A stretch of 64,000 nt of DNA from an uncultured Candidatus Saccharibacteria bacterium (GCA_964623775.1 CAZUVH010000004.1:12280-76279), one strand, 5' to 3'; shown: positions 19,111 through 28,486, counted from the stretch's first letter. Notes: generated by a model from the letters alone, not told the origin. Numbers and translations are program-made.

Positions 19111-19911
19111 GTGAAAAGCAGACGGCTACATTTTGACTGGAAGTGGGCGGTGCGCATTTTCCTCGTAGTCGCGATTGTCGCGCTCATCTTCCCAGAACAG
19201 ATTCGTCAGGGATACGAAGTGGTGTCGACTCGACTGCTTCCCGACGCACAGCGCGAATTTCAGTACGGTCAACGACACTTCAATGCTGCGGACCCCGTAG
19301 CATACAACGTCGATTTGGCAGAATATTTTTACCGCCAGGCAGAAAGGCATAATCCCAGCATCCCGTATCTGTATCATGAGTTGGCGCGCATTAGTTTTCT
19401 CAGGGGTAGGTTCGAGCAAGCACTTCTCGAAATCAACCACCAAATCCAGCGTCACGGCGACAGGACGCCAAATTCGTATTACATGAGGGCACTCATCGCG
19501 GGATATAAAGGCGACTACGATATAGCGATACGCGACTATGAATACTTTTTGAAACTCGTGCCCACTAGCTGGGCGACTGCCAACGACTATGCATGGGTCC
19601 TTCTCAAGGCCGACAAGCCCGAGAAGGCTGCGAAAGTCACGGGAGATCTCTTGAAAGTACATCCCGAAAATCCGTGGCTCCTGAGCACCCACGCCATAGC
19701 GCTCTATGAAATGGGCGATTTGCACGGGGCGCTTCGAGTAGCAAAGGAGGCCCTGGCTGCCTCGGCAAAGATAACTGAAGCGCAGTGGCTCAAGGCGTAT
19801 CCTGGAAATGATCCGCGCACCGCACAGCAGGGGATTGAGACGCACCGCACGTCTATCGAAGACAATATACACAAGATAGAAATAGCAATTGCCGAGGATG
19901 CGATACAATAA
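19111..19911 (+). CDS. Membrane-anchored TPR protein (copy 2)
   Basis: Paralog of 10803-11615. Confidence 0.85.
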   Translation: MKSRRLHFDWKWAVRIFLVVAIVALIFPEQIRQGYEVVSTRLLPDAQREFQYGQRHFNAADPVAYNVDLAEYFYRQAERHNPSIPYLYHELARISFLRGRFEQALLEINHQIQRHGDRTPNSYYMRALIAGYKGDYDIAIRDYEYFLKLVPTSWATANDYAWVLLKADKPEKAAKVTGDLLKVHPENPWLLSTHAIALYEMGDLHGALRVAKEALAASAKITEAQWLKAYPGNDPRTAQQGIETHRTSIEDNIHKIEIAIAEDAIQ

Positions 19912-19922
19912 AGTGAAATAGT

Positions 19923-21548
19923 ATGTCTCATTCGCACCGGAACTCTCTATCGAGATCGGCAAAAAAAGAACTGGCTATGTGGGCAGTACTCCTTTTTGCT
20001 GCGGTCGCATTCTCGTTCTCAGCAAGCACTAATGCGTCGACACCGTTCACATCCTCGGAGGTACATTTTGCGGACTCTTCAAAATCGGGCCTCTCGATCG
20101 TGCCCGCGTCGTGTGAATCGGGCATCGCCCATGAATCCTTCATGTATAACGGTGTGTTTACCACTGAGTGCAGCTGTCCTGCGGGCACAACCTTCACCTC
20201 AACTCCTAATCCAACGTTTCCTCTGGCCCCGTATCTCACATGTACACCAAATGTATGCACTGGCACCGATCCAGCCAACGCGACGATGTGCACGGGGGAT
20301 AGCAGTGGGCTCTCGGCAAACACCGCGAAGACAGTTGCGACTGCCTGCGGAACACCAAAATGCGAATTTACCTGCAATAGCGGCTTCGTGAAATCCGGGA
20401 ATACATGTGTGCCGGCTGTATGCACCGGCTCTGATCCAGCGAACGCGACTATGTGCTCGGGCGACAACACAGGACTATCGGCAGATACGGCTAAGACAGT
20501 TGCGGCTGCCTGCGGAGTACCAAAATGCGAATTCACCTGCAACAGCGGCTACCTAATATCCGGGAATACATGCGTGCAGTCGTGTCCCGCCGGTCAGGTG
20601 TGGAACGGCAGCGCATGCGTGTCGGCATGTCCAGCAGGTCAGACATGGAACGGTAGTGCATGTGTATCGTCGTGTCCTACGGGGCAAGTCTGGAATGGGA
20701 GTGCTTGTGTCCTCACGTGTCCGGAAGGTCAAACGTGGAATGGTAGTGCGTGCGTCGCGATGTGCACGAGCGGCCAGGTGTGGGACGGTACTGCCTGTGT
20801 GACGCCACAGTTTTCATGCACCGGATCCATACCGTCCAACTCTGCACTTTGCGCGAGCGACAATCTGGGACTTACGTCAGATACGCCGAGAACGCTTGCA
20901 GCATCGTGCGGTGCACCAAAATGTGAATATCTTTGCAATGGCGGCTATGTGAAGTCCGGCAACACATGCGTAGCAACATGCCCTTCGGGTGAGATATGGA
21001 ACGGCAGCACGTGCGTCACGAGCTGCCCGACCGGACAGACGTGGAACGGCACTTCTTGTGTGCCGATCTGCACGGGCGGTCAGGTCTGGAATGGTAGCGC
21101 CTGCGTGTGCCCGAGCGGACAGACGTGGAATGGCAGTATGTGCGTCGGATCGTGCGCCGATACCTATTTCTGTCAGGGCAACAGTCTCTACCACCAGAGC
21201 GCGAGCTGCGAAAATACGCTATCGCAGACGTGCAGCTACGGCTGCTCTGCGGGCGCATGCAATGCGCAACCGGCGGGGAATATTGATTTCGTCGTAACGC
21301 CGCTTCTCGTGAGAAAGGGTGAGACGGCCCAAGCCACCTGGAGTACGATCAATATCACTTCGTGCACCGTGACGAGCACCAATGGAGCAGCGTGGAGTGG
21401 TACATCAGGCACAGAGGTATCAGCACCCATAAATGCCCAGACGGTCTTCACGATTCGCTGCAATTCCAACACGGGATCGGTAATTACGAAGACCGCGACT
21501 GTCAACATCATCCCTACATTCTGCGAAGCGGGCTCGCCCGGTTGCTGA
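19923..21548 (+). CDS. Secreted Cys-rich repeat surface protein (copy 2)
   Basis: Three CTG...CG.PKCE..CN.G...SGNTCV repeats and nine C..G..W(N/D)G..CV repeats; N- and C-termini homologous to 11717-13231. Confidence 0.88.
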   Translation: MSHSHRNSLSRSAKKELAMWAVLLFAAVAFSFSASTNASTPFTSSEVHFADSSKSGLSIVPASCESGIAHESFMYNGVFTTECSCPAGTTFTSTPNPTFPLAPYLTCTPNVCTGTDPANATMCTGDSSGLSANTAKTVATACGTPKCEFTCNSGFVKSGNTCVPAVCTGSDPANATMCSGDNTGLSADTAKTVAAACGVPKCEFTCNSGYLISGNTCVQSCPAGQVWNGSACVSACPAGQTWNGSACVSSCPTGQVWNGSACVLTCPEGQTWNGSACVAMCTSGQVWDGTACVTPQFSCTGSIPSNSALCASDNLGLTSDTPRTLAASCGAPKCEYLCNGGYVKSGNTCVATCPSGEIWNGSTCVTSCPTGQTWNGTSCVPICTGGQVWNGSACVCPSGQTWNGSMCVGSCADTYFCQGNSLYHQSASCENTLSQTCSYGCSAGACNAQPAGNIDFVVTPLLVRKGETAQATWSTINITSCTVTSTNGAAWSGTSGTEVSAPINAQTVFTIRCNSNTGSVITKTATVNIIPTFCEAGSPGC

Positions 21549-21549
21549 T

Positions 21550-22056
21550 ATGAATAAAACATTGAGTGCGGTACATTCGTCGCGCTCGGGCATGGCGAGT
21601 GTGCTAGCAACAGTCGTCCTTGCGCTGGCGCTGGCTTTTTTCCAGACGCCGATTGCCTCGGCACAGACGAATGACGCGACAAACAGCGAACTACGTGCGG
21701 CGGTGGAAACACTGCTCCTCGCTGATCCGCGCGCAGCATCTTTGCCGCAGCAAGAATTTGATGAGATGGTCAGTGCGCTCGTCGCTGCTGCCGAGAAAAA
21801 GGGGCTGACCGCGAGTGAGATTTCGTGGCGCCCGCAACCAGTCTCGAGCTATTCTCAGAGCGCTTCGGTCGGCGAGATACAAGCCTGCGCCGATAATTCC
21901 ATCTTGTGCATGATCAACGAAGCGTTTGGATTTACCGGCCCCGATATCAGCATACCGATGTGGTTTGGTATCTGCTCTGCAATTTTACTCTTGATCCTCG
22001 GAGGTATGATCGAGGTGCATCGTCGTACGCACGCGGCACCGACCATCAAAAAGTAG
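21550..22056 (+). CDS. Hypothetical protein with signal peptide and C-terminal TM anchor
   Basis: ASA signal site; C-terminal hydrophobic helix followed by basic residues. Confidence 0.7.
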   Translation: MNKTLSAVHSSRSGMASVLATVVLALALAFFQTPIASAQTNDATNSELRAAVETLLLADPRAASLPQQEFDEMVSALVAAAEKKGLTASEISWRPQPVSSYSQSASVGEIQACADNSILCMINEAFGFTGPDISIPMWFGICSAILLLILGGMIEVHRRTHAAPTIKK

Positions 22057-22073
22057 GACAGCCCCTAGCGAAT

Positions 22074-22102
22074 TTGCATTTTCAGACACACTAGCGTATA
22101 TT
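22074..22102 (+). promoter_or_regulatory. Sigma70 promoter of the rplC operon
   Basis: TTGCAT-17 nt-TATATT. Confidence 0.65.
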
Positions 22103-22202
22103 GCCTGCACGTCCTGCTTCGCACGGACAAGCCATGTCCCCATACGGGACCACTGGAGTGAGCCACTGGCCCGCTTCAGCGCGGCCATTTTCATTCAAAA
22201 AT

Positions 22203-22835
22203 ATGAGCAGCAAATTCATGTTGGGCACAAAAGGGAAGATGACGCAGGTCTTCGATGAGAAGGGCGTCGTTTCGGCTGCGACGATCGTCAATGCCGGCCC
22301 CCTCACCGTCACACAGGTAAAGGACAAACCGAAAGACGGCTACCAGGCGGCACAGGTCGGCTTTGGTACGCGTCGCGAGAAAAACGTGAACAAGCCGCAG
22401 CGCGGTCACCTCAAGGATCTCCCGCTTCCTCGCTACATGCGCGAGTTCTCTCCTGAAGTAGAGGTCAAGCGCGGCGATACTATAGATATATCGATCTTCG
22501 CACCAGGGGATATGGTAGAGGTCTCTGCTATTTCCAAGGGTAAGGGCTTCCAGGGAGTCGTAAAACGCCATGGTTTCCGCGGCGGTCCGCGCTCGCACGG
22601 TCAGAAAAATAAGGAGCGCGCTCCAGGATCAATCGGTGGCGGCGGTCGCGCCGGCGCGCGTGTCATCAAGGGTATGCGCATGGCAGGACGCATGGGCGGT
22701 ACTCGCATTACGGTCAAGAATCTCCGCGTCTTGCAGGTAGATCCTGCTTCAAATACACTCGTCATCTCAGGAGCTATCCCGGGTCACCCTGGCACGCTCA
22801 TAGAAATCCGCTCGCAAGCGAATCACGATAAATAA
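22203..22835 (+). CDS. rplC: 50S ribosomal protein L3
   Basis: LGTKGKMTQ, SKGKGFQGVVKRHGF, MAGRMG. Confidence 0.97.
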   Translation: MSSKFMLGTKGKMTQVFDEKGVVSAATIVNAGPLTVTQVKDKPKDGYQAAQVGFGTRREKNVNKPQRGHLKDLPLPRYMREFSPEVEVKRGDTIDISIFAPGDMVEVSAISKGKGFQGVVKRHGFRGGPRSHGQKNKERAPGSIGGGGRAGARVIKGMRMAGRMGGTRITVKNLRVLQVDPASNTLVISGAIPGHPGTLIEIRSQANHDK

Positions 22836-22850
22836 CCAAGAAAATTTTGT

Positions 22851-23573
22851 ATGGAAACACCTATTTACAACGCGCAGGGAAAGAAGACCGGAACACTCGC
22901 ATTGCCTGAGAACGTCTTTGGCGTGCAGTGGAATGACGCGCTCATGCACCAGGTCGTCACCTCGATGCACTCGAATGCACGTCCGAATGTCGCCCACACC
23001 AAGGGTCGCGGTGATGTACGTGGCGGCGGTCGCAAGCCCTGGCAACAGAAGGGTACTGGCCGCGCTCGTCACGGCTCCACCCGCTCTCCGATTTGGAAAG
23101 GCGGCGGTGTTACTCATGGACCGACCAACCAAAAGAACTACGAAAAGGCGATCCCGAAGAAGATGCGCGCCAAGGCCCTCTATATGGCGCTCTCACGCAA
23201 GCTCAAAGACGGTGAGATCCTCTTTGTCGATTCCTTCGGCATCAGCGAGCCCAAGACGGCGGTCGCGATGAAGTCGCTCGTTGCACTCTCCAAGATTTCC
23301 GGATTCGGGAAGATGGTGACCAAGGGCAAAAACGCAGCGCTCGTTGCGCTTGCCGATCCTACGACAGCCACGACCAAGAGCTTCCGCAATATCAGCAATG
23401 TCTCGTGTGTGCCGGTGCGCCAGCTCAATCCGATCCAGATTCTCGGCAATTCCTATATCGTCATCGAAAACCCTGAAGCATCGGTCGCGATAGTCGCAAG
23501 TCGCCTTAATAAGGGTGTGTCGGAGGCTGCGTCGAAGGCAAAACCGGCTGCGAAAAAGAAAACTGCGAACTAA
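22851..23573 (+). CDS. rplD: 50S ribosomal protein L4
   Basis: KPWQQKGTGRARHGS, WKGGG. Confidence 0.97.
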   Translation: METPIYNAQGKKTGTLALPENVFGVQWNDALMHQVVTSMHSNARPNVAHTKGRGDVRGGGRKPWQQKGTGRARHGSTRSPIWKGGGVTHGPTNQKNYEKAIPKKMRAKALYMALSRKLKDGEILFVDSFGISEPKTAVAMKSLVALSKISGFGKMVTKGKNAALVALADPTTATTKSFRNISNVSCVPVRQLNPIQILGNSYIVIENPEASVAIVASRLNKGVSEAASKAKPAAKKKTAN

Positions 23574-23598
23574 TCACTGATAACTGACAACTATTCTT

Positions 23599-23958
23599 AT
23601 GGCACTCTTCAGCAAAAAAGACACAAAAAAGAAGGATGAAGCGAAGGCGGTAGCGACAAAGACATCTTCTATGGCGCGCGACCTCTCGCATGTCTTGCAG
23701 CACGCACGCATCACCGAGAAGGCGACGATGCACAGCGAGCAGGGCGTCTATACTTTCAACGTCGCTCCGCAGACTACGAAGAACGAGATCAAGCAGGCGG
23801 TCTTTTCTCTCTACAAGGTCACCCCGCGCCTCGTACGTGTACTCAAGGTCAGGGCAAAGGTGCGCCGCAATGCGCGCACGGGCAAGATTGGTATGACGAC
23901 CGGCGGCAAGAAGGCCTATGTGTACCTCAAGAAAGGCGAAACGATCAATCTCTCGTAA
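23599..23958 (+). CDS. rplW: 50S ribosomal protein L23
   Basis: ITEKA, KNEIKQAV, KKAYVYL. Confidence 0.95.
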   Translation: MALFSKKDTKKKDEAKAVATKTSSMARDLSHVLQHARITEKATMHSEQGVYTFNVAPQTTKNEIKQAVFSLYKVTPRLVRVLKVRAKVRRNARTGKIGMTTGGKKAYVYLKKGETINLS

Positions 23959-23981
23959 TTTGAGTTAACTATAAATAATGT

Positions 23982-24830
23982 ATGGCAATCAAAACTTACA
24001 AACCGACAAGCAAATCGCAACGTCAGCACACGTCGATTGACTACTCCAAGCTCCTCTCGGGCCACCGCCCTGAGAAATCGCTCATGAAGGGTAAGAAGAG
24101 TATGGGTGGTCGCAATTCCTTTGGACGCATCACGACGCGTCATCAGGGAGGCGGTCACAAGAAGGTCTATCGCATGGTTGATTTCAAATTCGATAAGAAA
24201 GACATCCCTGCGAAGATCACGACCATCGAATACGATCCGTTCCGCTCCGCATTTATCTCGCTCGCGGTCTACGCCGACGGCGCAAAGCGCTACATCGTGG
24301 TGCCTCGCCACATGAAAGTGGGGGACACATTCATGGTGTCGGAAAAAGCTCCTGTCACCCTCGGCAATCGTTTGCCACTCGGCAAGATCCCGGTAGGTAC
24401 ATTTGTCTACAACATCGAATTGAAGCCGGGCAACGGCGGCAAGATCGCACGATCTGCAGGTAATTTCTGCGAAGTGGTCGCACAGGATGCAGGCTACACG
24501 CACCTCAAGATGCCGTCGACCGAAGTACGTCGCATCATCGAAACCGCATGGGCATCGATCGGTGAGGCTTCCAACGAAGAGCACCGCTTGGTCAATCTCG
24601 GCAAAGCTGGCCGTAGCCGCTGGCTCGGTGTCCGCCCGACCGTCCGTGGTACCGCAATGAATCCAGTCGATCACCCACACGGCGGAGGTGAAGGTAAGCA
24701 GGGTCGTGGTCTTCGCCGCGCGAAGTCCATGTGGGGCAAGCCGACTGGCAAGGGTCAGAAGAGCCGTCACCCGAAGAAATATTCCAACGTCTTTATCGTC
24801 TCGCGCCGCAAGGTCGGAAAGAGAAAGTAA
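23982..24830 (+). CDS. rplB: 50S ribosomal protein L2
   Basis: RPTVRGTAMNPVDHPHGGGEG. Confidence 0.98.
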   Translation: MAIKTYKPTSKSQRQHTSIDYSKLLSGHRPEKSLMKGKKSMGGRNSFGRITTRHQGGGHKKVYRMVDFKFDKKDIPAKITTIEYDPFRSAFISLAVYADGAKRYIVVPRHMKVGDTFMVSEKAPVTLGNRLPLGKIPVGTFVYNIELKPGNGGKIARSAGNFCEVVAQDAGYTHLKMPSTEVRRIIETAWASIGEASNEEHRLVNLGKAGRSRWLGVRPTVRGTAMNPVDHPHGGGEGKQGRGLRRAKSMWGKPTGKGQKSRHPKKYSNVFIVSRRKVGKRK

Positions 24831-24840
24831 AAACAAAAGA

Positions 24841-24866
24841 AAAGGCCCGGAGAAATCCGGGCCTTT
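24841..24866. terminator. Bidirectional terminator after rplB
   Basis: AAAGGCCCGGA-GAAA-TCCGGGCCTTT. Confidence 0.75.
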
Positions 24867-24909
24867 GTAGTTTTTATCAAAGGATGTTTCACCTCTGAGA
24901 GAAGCAGCG

Positions 24910-25038
24910 TTACTTCTTTCGAGCGTTTTTTCCGAGTATGCGTCGCAGGCGATTATTCAAAATCGCAGCGACTTCGCGCTGACTCTTTACGCGCGAGTTT
25001 TCAACGTCCACAGACTTTTTGCGAGTTTTCGCGGCCAT
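24910..25038 (-). CDS. Small basic protein (42 aa, not in ORF track)
   Basis: MAAKTRKKSVDVENSRVKSQREVAAILNNRLRRILGKNARKK; strong SD AGGAGAGG. Confidence 0.5.
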   Translation of the reverse strand: MAAKTRKKSVDVENSRVKSQREVAAILNNRLRRILGKNARKK

Positions 25039-25133
25039 AGCACCTCTCCTTTGCCAAGCCTATTTATAGGGGAGAGAGTTTGAATTATCAAGTAAAAAAA
25101 GAACGGCGAATCGCAATGCAATTCGCCGCCGCG

Positions 25134-25367
25134 TCATTTTTTGAGCTTCAAAAGGCTCAAGCGGGATTCCTCGACCATGTTCTCGATTCGGACTGCAACT
25201 ACGGCAATGACTTTTTTCTCGGCATACAGTACGGCGTTTTCTCCGCGCTTATCCAGGTGAGCCGAGAGTTCCGAGAAGAACCTGGCGAGCTCTGGTCCTG
25301 AAAAGGCCGCAACTTCTTTAGCGAGCTCCAATGCGTGAGGGTGCTCGTCTTTCCACGGTCCCGCCAT
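25134..25367 (-). CDS. Hypothetical protein (77 aa)
   Basis: SD AAAGGAGG before ATG; hairpin GCGGCGAATTG...GATTCGCCG with a T-tract downstream. Confidence 0.6.
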   Translation of the reverse strand: MAGPWKDEHPHALELAKEVAAFSGPELARFFSELSAHLDKRGENAVLYAEKKVIAVVAVRIENMVEESRLSLLKLKK

Positions 25368-25548
25368 GAAAGCCTCCTTTACCAGCATCCTTTATAGACG
25401 AGAAAGTTTGACCCCGCAAGCATAATTTGGGCTTGCCGAAGGCCCCTACTGCGATCAATAAACGAAGGTAGTTCATCTATACTGCGTGGCCGACCTCAAA
25501 TACAGCTGCGACGGTAAAAAAGCAGGAGCCCAAATTTTGCTTCGGGGT

Positions 25549-25577
25549 TTGACTTATCAAGCTATTTCCTATACATT
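25549..25577 (+). promoter_or_regulatory. Internal promoter for rpsS
   Basis: TTGACT-17 nt-TACATT. Confidence 0.55.
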
Positions 25578-25625
25578 GTGCGGACTCCCGCAGCCCGCGG
25601 GTTTTAAATTGAACAGGATACACTC

Positions 25626-25970
25626 ATGTCACGCTCACTCAAAAAAGGTCCGTACGTGGACGAAAAATTGATGAAAAAGGTAGGCGCTCGCAAGCCGAAT
25701 GCGGGTGTTATTAAGACGTGGCGCCGCGCTTCCACCATCGCTCCTGAATTCGTAGGCTACACCTTTGCAGTACACACCGGCAACAAATTTGAAGACGTCT
25801 TCGTCACTGAAGACATGGTAGGGCACCGACTCGGCGAATTCGCTCCGACCACTAAATTCATCCGTCACGGAGGCAAGATGCAGAAGGAGGCTGAAATGGC
25901 TGCGAAGGCTGCTGAAATCGCTACCGCTCAGGCTGCCAAGGCCACTGCCGACAAGGGCGCCAAGAAATAA
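25626..25970 (+). CDS. rpsS: 30S ribosomal protein S19
   Basis: [24 protein letters not shown]. Confidence 0.97.
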   Translation: MSRSLKKGPYVDEKLMKKVGARKPNAGVIKTWRRASTIAPEFVGYTFAVHTGNKFEDVFVTEDMVGHRLGEFAPTTKFIRHGGKMQKEAEMAAKAAEIATAQAAKATADKGAKK

Positions 25971-25973
25971 TCT

Positions 25974-26396
25974 ATGAAGGCCACGCTCACAAATTTCCAT
26001 CAACCACCGCGCAAAGTCCGCCTCGTCGCTGATTTGATCCGTGGCAAATCAGTACCCGCTGCACGCGTCGCGCTCTCATTTTTGCCGAAGAAGTCCGGCC
26101 CGGCGATCGCCAAGCTCTTGGATTCTGCTGTCGCCAATGCAGGTCAGATGAATTTCTCTGCCGATCAGCTTTTTGTAAAGAGCATCATGGTCGACAAAGG
26201 TGTCGTCATGCGCCGCGGTCGTCCGTTCTCGCGCGGTCGCTCTGGTACGATTCGCAAGACCTTGAGCGTCGTTCGTCTCGAATTGAGCCCGCTTGCAAAG
26301 ATGGATGCTCCAAAGGCTGCGAAAAAGGCGGCCGCTGAGAAATCTGTTGCAAAGAAAACTGTTGCCAAGAAGACGAATAAAAAAGATACAAAATAA
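25974..26396 (+). CDS. rplV: 50S ribosomal protein L22
   Basis: PRKVRLVADLIRGK, SAVANA. Confidence 0.97.
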   Translation: MKATLTNFHQPPRKVRLVADLIRGKSVPAARVALSFLPKKSGPAIAKLLDSAVANAGQMNFSADQLFVKSIMVDKGVVMRRGRPFSRGRSGTIRKTLSVVRLELSPLAKMDAPKAAKKAAAEKSVAKKTVAKKTNKKDTK

Positions 26397-26399
26397 TTT

Positions 26400-27089
26400 A
26401 TGACACATACAGTACATCCATACGCACATCGTCTCGGAATCATCCGCGATTGGAAGTCGCGCTGGTTTGCCAAGAGTCCTGCTGAATACCGCGAAGGTGT
26501 CATGACTGATGCCACGATCCGCCGCTTCCTCAAGAAGCGCCTGCGTGGCAATTATGTCACTTCTGTCGAGATCGAACGCAACGAAAAAGCGATCCGTATC
26601 CTGATCAAGACTTCCCGTCCGGGACTCGTGATCGGCCGCGGGGGAGAGGGCTCTGCCAAATTGATCAAAGAGATTGAAGCGGTGGTTCGCAAAGTGCCCA
26701 AGTACCACAAGAAGGCGATCAAGCTCGATATCGAAGAGGTTCGCTCACCGGAATCGCAGTCACCGGTCGTCGCATACATGGTCGCAGAAGGCTTGGAGAA
26801 ACGTCAGACGTTCCGCCGTGTGCTCAAGCAGACGGTCGAGAAGGTGATGGCGAATCGCGATGTGCAGGGCGTACGCATCTGCATCTCCGGACGCTTGGGT
26901 GGCGCTGAAATGTCCCGCACGGAAGAGATCAAGCGTGGCCGCGTACCGCTCCAGACGCTTCGCGCTGACATCGACTTTGCTCGCGAGGTCGCTTATCTCC
27001 CGTACGGCGTGATCGGCGTAAAGGTCTGGATCTATCGCGGCGAGATTTTTGCCGAGGATAAAAAGGCAGGCCGCACGCAGTCTAAATAA
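26400..27089 (+). CDS. rpsC: 30S ribosomal protein S3
   Basis: RPGLVIG, GRLGGAEM, GRVPLQTLRADID. Confidence 0.97.
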   Translation: MTHTVHPYAHRLGIIRDWKSRWFAKSPAEYREGVMTDATIRRFLKKRLRGNYVTSVEIERNEKAIRILIKTSRPGLVIGRGGEGSAKLIKEIEAVVRKVPKYHKKAIKLDIEEVRSPESQSPVVAYMVAEGLEKRQTFRRVLKQTVEKVMANRDVQGVRICISGRLGGAEMSRTEEIKRGRVPLQTLRADIDFAREVAYLPYGVIGVKVWIYRGEIFAEDKKAGRTQSK

Positions 27090-27099
27090 TATTTGATGT

Positions 27100-27522
27100 A
27101 TGTTGGCACCAAAAAAAGCTAAATATCGCAAGTGGCAGTCGGGTCGCAAGAATGCGAACCGCATGAACTTGCCCGATACGCGTGGTCTCACCGTGGCGTT
27201 TGGTTCGCACGGCCTCAAGGCTACGACCGCCGCACGTCTCACCTCGAATCAGATCGAAGCTGCGCGCCGCGCTCTCTCGCGCGCGGGTGGCAAGACGGCA
27301 AAGATCTGGGTGCGTGTTTTCCCTGACCGACCATGGACGCAGAAGGCTGCAGAAGTGGGCATGGGTAGCGGAAAGGGCGATGTGCAAGGCTATGTAGCCG
27401 AAGTAAGGCCGGGTCGCGTGATTTTCGAGATCGATGGAGCACCGGAAGCTGTTGCGAGAGAAGCGCTTCGCAAAGCCGGTACCAAGCTCCCGCTCAAGGT
27501 CCGTGTCGTTGCGCGCGTATAA
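27100..27522 (+). CDS. rplP: 50S ribosomal protein L16
   Basis: QIEAARR, RVFPD, MGSGKG. Confidence 0.97.
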   Translation: MLAPKKAKYRKWQSGRKNANRMNLPDTRGLTVAFGSHGLKATTAARLTSNQIEAARRALSRAGGKTAKIWVRVFPDRPWTQKAAEVGMGSGKGDVQGYVAEVRPGRVIFEIDGAPEAVAREALRKAGTKLPLKVRVVARV

Positions 27523-27530
27523 ATATATTT

Positions 27531-27734
27531 ATGACAACTTTTGAAAAACACAGCGTCGAAGACTTGCAGAAATTGATCGCCGATAAGCGCGAGGCGCTTC
27601 GCACATTCCGCTTTGGAGGCGCTGGATCACGCACACGCGATGTGCGCTCGGGTCGCAACCTTCGTAAGGAGATCGCACAGGCCCTGACCGAGCTTAAAGC
27701 GCGAGAAATTGCATCTAAGAGCAAAACGAAGTAA
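27531..27734 (+). CDS. rpmC: 50S ribosomal protein L29
   Basis: RKEIAQALT; position in the operon. Confidence 0.9.
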   Translation: MTTFEKHSVEDLQKLIADKREALRTFRFGGAGSRTRDVRSGRNLRKEIAQALTELKAREIASKSKTK

Positions 27735-27749
27735 GGTACACATTCACGT

Positions 27750-27995
27750 ATGGAATCAAAGACACAGACACAGGGAAAATTCTTCGACGGCGTCGTCACC
27801 AAGACGGCGATGAAAGACACGGCGACCGTGACGGTGCAGCGCTACGTGAAGCACCCGAAGTACAAGAAGTACATGAAGAAAAACGTAAAATTCCTCGTCC
27901 ACGATCCGGGCAACACGCTCGCAGTAGGGGACAAGGTAACGATCAAAGAGACACGTCCGATCTCAAAGCTCAAGCGCTTTGTAATTGCGCAATAA
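27750..27995 (+). CDS. rpsQ: 30S ribosomal protein S17
   Basis: HPKYKK, ETRPISKLK. Confidence 0.96.
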   Translation: MESKTQTQGKFFDGVVTKTAMKDTATVTVQRYVKHPKYKKYMKKNVKFLVHDPGNTLAVGDKVTIKETRPISKLKRFVIAQ

Positions 27996-28012
27996 ATTAA
28001 TTTTCGAATTCT

Positions 28013-28393
28013 ATGATTCAAGATCGCTCACTCGTAAAGATTGCAGACAATTCCGGCGGAATCATCGGCCGTATTTTCAAGATTCTTGGCGGCTCCAAGA
28101 AGCGCTATGCTGGCATTGGCGAAGAGGTCGTCCTCTCGATCCAGACCGCGCAGCCGCGTAAGTCGGTAAAGAAAAAGGAGGTCCACAAGGCCGTCGTCGT
28201 CCGCACCAAGAATGCACTTCGCCGCAAGGATGGCTCGTACATCCGCTTCGATGAAAATGCAGTGGTACTCATCACCGGATCAGGTAAAGAACCCAAAGAG
28301 CCAAAGGCAAACCGCGTATTCGGCCCGATCCCACGCGAAGTCGTCGAGCTTGGATACCAGAAAATTGGCTCTCTTGCGCCAGAAATCGTGTAA
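28013..28393 (+). CDS. rplN: 50S ribosomal protein L14
   Basis: ADNSG, RFDENAVV, SLAPEIV. Confidence 0.97.
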   Translation: MIQDRSLVKIADNSGGIIGRIFKILGGSKKRYAGIGEEVVLSIQTAQPRKSVKKKEVHKAVVVRTKNALRRKDGSYIRFDENAVVLITGSGKEPKEPKANRVFGPIPREVVELGYQKIGSLAPEIV

Positions 28394-28422
28394 TTGACAT
28401 TCGCCTGAAATAGGTGTATAAT
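28394..28422 (+). promoter_or_regulatory. Perfect-consensus sigma70 promoter
   Basis: TTGACA-17 nt-TATAAT immediately after the rplN stop. Confidence 0.85.
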
Positions 28423-28486
28423 ACCGACGGAAAAGTGCCTCAGAAGGGCACTTTCGCATATGGCTTTGTAGACAGGAGGTCCCCCG

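Noticed and set aside
20561-21150. Nucleotide tandem repeat array
   Set aside because: These are codon-degenerate protein repeats (CPxGQxWNGSACV) inside a CDS, already explained by that feature.
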